Below are positions 49,096 through 64,000 of a stretch of 64,000 nt of DNA, piece after piece; within the stretch, counting starts at the first letter, position 1; each line of letters opens with the position of its first letter. This DNA is from the human T2T-CHM13v2.0 reference genome, Homo sapiens, in the NCBI RefSeq assembly GCF_009914755.1, contig NC_060947.1. The stretch is one strand, 5' to 3'. The position numbers and the translations under genes were made by a program. The notes below the pieces were generated by a model, which saw only the letters and a program-made list of their open reading frames with translations, was not told the DNA's origin and did no database searches.

Positions 49096-50509
49096 TGGCT
49101 TTCCTTGAGATTTCTTTGGCTTCTGCATTTTGGATCTCATTTGTTCTGGCTGTTTGGTTCCTGCCTGACCTTTCTTTCAAGGCATGGGTCCATACAATGG
49201 GCTTTCCATTCTTTTAGCTACCTGAAAGGGACACCCCATTAGGCCACCCCCTTGAGATCCAACCCTGAACACTGGGACCAGGCCAAAGGCAGGGAAGGAA
49301 GACTTTAGATCCCTTTTAGACCACAATTCTTTCTCCTGTATGACTTTTCATGTTAATGTCAAATAAGCATCATTTTTCTTTTTTCTCACTTTTACTTTAA
49401 CTGACCACCTTAGCCCAAGATAGGCACTGTATCCACCCACATGTGAGTGTGCAACTAGAAACTATAGTGACTTTTCTATGTCCATATGGACAATTACTTT
49501 TCTCTGGAACTCATCATTGGAATGATTTTTGTCATTGTGCTACTTATTAAGTAATAAAATATACTAATTTAAAATAAGAAATCAGATGACAATTTGTGGA
49601 AGAACATCTGAGGAGGGAAGAGAGAAGATTGTACTGAATGTATATTCTATCAAGGTCAACAGTCAGACACTGTTTCTTACAAGATAAACAAATTACTTAG
49701 AAACAAAGATGATCCAGGAAAACAAGTGCAGCCTCATTTCATATTCTGATAATTTAATCCTGTACATAATGCTAAACTCAGACTCTACAATAATGCTTAT
49801 GCAAAATCAGGACTGGTTTGACAAATGAACAATGAAAGAGGAAATTAAATTAAAGATTTAAAGAAATTATTTGAATCCCTTTTTGGTCAAAATGGGCATA
49901 TTCACATAAAAATTAAGCTCAATGAGTATAAGAAAGTTTATAAATCAGTAACTGGGAAGAATCTTATCACTTCTTCCCTCAAAGTAACTTGTGGAAGCCT
50001 AGGATGCTCCTAGGAACACTGTAAGCGATGGAGAATTTAACATAATAATGCATATTAGAACTCAGAGTAATATACTAAGTTACGATGAGTCTTTTTTTCT
50101 GGGGGATGGATGAGGTAACCCTGAACTGTGTAGAAAGATGGTGCTACAAGTGAGAGGTCATAGCTACACTTACTCTATGTTACTATCCTTCAAAATCCCT
50201 GTGCCTTAATAGTGACCAGTGGGCAGTAGTAGAAGAGATTTCCTTATATAGATCAACATTTTAGACAAATATTCAGATGACTCATTTGCATACTGCTGAC
50301 TTCAGGTAGATTGAATATTTTCCTTGCACCAAGTATGGCTTTTCTACATTTTCTCTATGCTAAATCCTATCTTTAATGATTATTTTTGTTAGTGTCCATT
50401 GAAACAAATTAGTCTGTTAGGTCTGGAACAAAGGCTTTAACAGTGTTTCCAACAACAACAAATATGTATCACACACATATTTATACTTGTACTTAAGAAT
50501 ATCAAGTCA

Positions 50510-50658
50510 CCTTTTGGTCTCAGCGACGGCAGGGCTGAGCCAGCGACACCCTGCATTCACTCTCCACTCCCGCTCTCTGGCTGTCCACCCGTTCCACTGC
50601 CCACCCCACCACCATGACTGAACAGGCCATCTCCTTCGCCAAGGACTTCTTGGCCAGA
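50510..50658 (+). pseudogene. SLC25A6: Processed 5' fragment of ADP/ATP translocase 3 mRNA (5'UTR + first ~14-15 codons)
   Basis: CCTTTT...GGCAGGGCTGAGCCAGCGAC...CCACCATG then MTEQAISFAKDFLA, the ANT3 N-terminus (ANT2 begins MTDAAVSF, ANT1 MGDHAWSF); GC-rich island in an AT-rich flank. Confidence 0.9.
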
Positions 50659-51243
50659 AGCCTCCAAGAAATATGGGACTATGTGAAAAGACCAAATCTA
50701 TGTCTGATTGGTCTACCTGAAAGTGACGGGGAGAATGGAACCAAGTTGGAAAACACTCTGCAGGATATTATCCAGGAGAACTTCCCCAATCTAGCAAGGC
50801 AGGCCAACATTCAAATTCAGGAAATACAGAGAATGCCACAAAGATACTCCTCGAGAAGAGCAACTCCAAGACACATAATGGTCAGATTGACCAAAGTTGA
50901 AATGAAGGAAAAAATGTTAAGGGCAGCCAGAGAGAAAGGTCGGGTTGCCCACAAAGGGAAGCCCATCAGACTAACAGCTGATCTCTCAGCAGAAACTCTA
51001 CAAACCAGAAGAGAGTGGGGGCCAATATTCAACATTCTTAAAGAAAAGAATTTTCAACCCAGAATTTCATATCCAGCCAAACTAAGCTTCATAAGTGAAG
51101 GAAAAATAAAATCCTTTACAGACAAGCAAATGCTGAGAGATTTTGTCACCACCAGGCCTGCCCTACAAGAGCTCCTGAGGGAAGCACTAAACATGGAAAG
51201 GAACAACCGGTACCAGCCACCGCAAAAACATATCAAATTGTAA
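50614..51243 (+). CDS. Open chimeric ORF, 209 aa: ANT3 N-terminus fused to L1 ORF1p residues ~145-338 (RRM + CTD); expression unknown
   Basis: MTEQAISFAKDFLA-R-SLQEIWDYVKRP...YPAKLS...; CCACCATG start context; no stops. Confidence 0.6.
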   Translation: MTEQAISFAKDFLARSLQEIWDYVKRPNLCLIGLPESDGENGTKLENTLQDIIQENFPNLARQANIQIQEIQRMPQRYSSRRATPRHIMVRLTKVEMKEKMLRAAREKGRVAHKGKPIRLTADLSAETLQTRREWGPIFNILKEKNFQPRISYPAKLSFISEGKIKSFTDKQMLRDFVTTRPALQELLREALNMERNNRYQPPQKHIKL

Positions 51244-51306
51244 AGACCATCGAGGCTAGGAAGAAACTGCATCAACTAACGAGCAAAATAACCAGCTAGC
51301 ATCATA

Positions 51307-57030
<5,724 letters not shown>

Positions 57031-57260
57031 GAACACATGGACACAGGACTGGGAACATCACACACTGGGGCCTGTTGTGGGGTATGGGGAGGGGGGAGGG
57101 ATAGCATTAGGAGATATACTTAATGTTAAATGACGAGTTAATGGGTGCAGCACACCAACATGGTACATGTATACATAGGTAACAAACCTGCACGTTGTGG
57201 ACATGTACCCTAAAACTTTAAGTATAATAAAAAATAAATAAATAAATAAATAAAAATAAA

Positions 57261-57564
57261 GTAATAGGAACAAAAATAAAAATTAGATATAATTAAAGAA
57301 AACTTTTCTCAATTAAATAGTGAGCTTGGCCTACAAGTATCCCTTTATTCTTAAAGATCAAATATTTCACTACAATATGTTTATTTGTCATTTCAAATAT
57401 AAAAGAATATTTTGTAAGTGTTCTATCAGGAAGTAATATAGTTTACTAATAAAAGAGCAAAAATAAGGCTAATCTGAGACATTTTCTCTGTAACTCTAAA
57501 CATTAAAGAAAGTCTATAGAGTGTTATTAATAAAAACATTGTATTATAATTTAAGAATTAAAAA
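57261..57564 (+). other. Putative L1 3' transduction (~300 bp non-L1 AT-rich DNA)
   Basis: Lies between the L1 A tail (57228-57260) and the second TSD; AATAAA at 57529-57534, ~25 nt before the terminal A run. Confidence 0.85.
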
Positions 57565-57714
57565 AAGAATATCAAGTCATGAAAATCTGTACAATCTGCA
57601 AATCAATGGAGAACCATAGGATGTACATATATTTCATGTAAATTGTTACATACTTAATGATTACTTCTGTAATCTCATCATTCAAAAACTGAAAAAAGAA
57701 AAAAATGGTTACAG

Positions 57715-57885
57715 GCATATTTTCATGTCAAAAAACATCAGCATCTTTTTTATTGGCTGCTTTGTACTATGAGATGTAGCAGCTGTACGTTAACTTATTT
57801 AACCTGTTCTTATTGAGGTACATTTGGATTTCTTCCAGTTTTTCACTATTACAAATAGTGCTACAATAAACATTCATATAAACAC
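57715..57885 (-). mobile_element. Ancient L1 (L1MC/ME-like) fragment
   Basis: CATTTGGATTTCTTCCAGTTTTTCACTATTACAAATAGTGCTACAATAAACATTCAT. Confidence 0.65.
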
Positions 57886-57904
57886 TGGTTTTTTGTGTGT
57901 GCAT

Positions 57905-59674
57905 TTTTAAAAAACTTTAATTTTAGATTTGAGGGCACATGTGAAGGTTTGTTACATAGGTACACTCATGTCATGGGGGTTTGTTGTACATATTATTTCA
58001 TCACCCAGGTATTAAGCCCAGTACCCAATCTTTTCAGCTCCTCTTCCTCCTCTCACCCTCTACCCTCAAGTAGGCCCCAGTGTTTGTAGTTTCCTTCTTT
58101 GTGTTCATAAGTTCTTATTATTTAGCTCCCACTTATAAGAGAAAATGTGGGTTTTGGCTTTCTGTTCCTCTGTTAGTTTGCTAAGGATAATAGCCTCCAG
58201 CTCCATCCATGTTCTCGCAAAGGGTATGATCTTGTTCTTTTTTATGGCTGCATAGTATTACATGGTGTATAGGTACTACATTTTCTTTATCGAATCTGCC
58301 ATTGATGGGCATTTAGGTTGATTCCATGTCCTTGCTATTGTGAATAGTGCTGCAGTGAACATTTGCATGCATGTGTCTTTATGGTAAAATCATTTATATT
58401 TCTCTGGGTATATACCCAGTAATGGGATTGCTGGGTCGAATGATAATTCTGCCTTTAGCACTTTGAGAAATCACTGTACTGCTTTCCACAATGGTTGAAC
58501 TAATTTACACTCCCACCAACAGTGTGTAAGTGTTCTCTTCTCTAGGCAACTTTGCCAGAATCTATTAATAATAGCCATTCTAACAGGTGTGAAATAGTAT
58601 CTCATTGTGGTTTTCATTTGCATTTCTCTAATGAGCAGTGGTATTGAGCCTTTTTTCATATGTTTGTTGGCTGCACATATGTCTTCTTTTGAGAAGTGTC
58701 TGTTCATGTCCTTTGCCCACTTTTTAATAAGGTTGTTTGTTTTTCTCTTGTAAATTGGTTATGTTCCTTATAGATGCTGGATATTAGACCTTTGTCAGAT
58801 TCATAGTTTGCAAAAATTTTTGCCCATTCTGTAGGTTGTCTGTTTGCTCTGTTGATAGTTTCTTTTGCAGTGCAGAAGCTCTTTAGTTAATTAGATTTCA
58901 TTTGTCACTTTTAAGTTTAATTAGATCTCAGTTGTCAATTTTTGCTTTTGTTGCAATTGTTTTTGGCATCTTTGTCATGAAATCTTTGCCCGTTGCTATG
59001 TCCAGGATAGTATTGCCTAGTTTTTCTTCCAGGGTTTTGATAGTTTTGGGTTTTACACTTAAGTCTTGGTTTTTTGAGTCTACATCTTGAGTTGATTTTT
59101 GTATATGGTGTAAGGAAGTGGTTCAGCTTCCATCTTCTATGTATGGCTAGCTGGTTATCCCAGCACCATTTATTGAATAGGGAATCCTTTCTCCATTGCT
59201 CATCTTTGTCAGCTTTGTCAAAGATCAGGTGGTCGTAGATGGGTGGCCTTATTTCTGGGCTCTCTCTCCTGTTCAATTGGTCTATGTGCCTGTTTTTGTA
59301 GCAGTACTATGCTGTTTTGCTTACTGAGGCCTTGTAGTATAGTTTGAAGTCAGGTAACATGATGTCTCCAGCTTTCCCCTTTTTGCTTAGGATTGCCTTG
59401 GCCATTTGGGCAGTTTTGGTTCCATATGAATTTTAAAATAGTTTTTTTCTAGTTCTGTGAAGAATGTTATTGGTAGCTTGAGACAAATAGCATTGAATCT
59501 GTAAATTGCTTTGGGCAGTATGGCTATTTTAATAATATTCATTCTTCCTATCCATGAGCATGCGATGTTTTCCCATTTGTTGTGTCTTCTCTGTTTTCTT
59601 TCAGCAGTGTTTTGTAATTCTCATTGTAAACATCTTTCACCTCCCTGGTTAGCTGTATTCCTAAATAGTTTATT
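57905..59674 (-). mobile_element. Older L1PA (about PA13-16) 3' portion, abutted or interrupted by a younger L1
   Basis: 3'UTR ATTATTTCATCACCCAGGTATTAAGCCCAGTACCC; decayed ORF2 C-terminus. Confidence 0.88.

Positions 59675-64000
<4,326 letters not shown>

Noticed and set aside
50510-50658. Alternative reading: an L1 inserted into a pre-existing SLC25A6 processed pseudogene
   Set aside because: No remaining SLC25A6 sequence downstream and no TSD at the ANT3/L1 junction; one TSD pair encloses both parts
58880-58945. ~32-bp tandem duplication inside the old L1
   Set aside because: Ordinary slippage in a decayed repeat

Overview
Human (primate) non-genic or intronic DNA dominated by LINE-1, with Alu, MIR, L2, MLT, MER and MADE1 relics and microsatellites. 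An L1HS-Ta diagnostic ACA/G 3'UTR indicates human. No host protein-coding exon could be supported. The standout is a single TSD-bounded retro-insertion at 50510-57564. It carries the extreme 5' end of an SLC25A6/ANT3 mRNA (pyrimidine-rich start, 5'UTR, codons MTEQAISFAKDFLA) fused in frame to L1 ORF1, giving an open 209-aa chimeric ORF. The rest of an L1PA element and a ~300-bp 3' transduction follow. A young L1HS-Ta later inserted antisense into it and is truncated exactly at the position homologous to its own target site, creating a ~3.7-kb near-palindrome with a 6-nt spacer. Also present: a full-length L1PA2/3-like element (intact ORF1, ORF2 broken only by two stops), a nested 5'-inverted L1, and a MADE1 hairpin with a templated copy of local sequence at its centre. 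Repeat subfamily names are from recalled consensus features, not from a database search.
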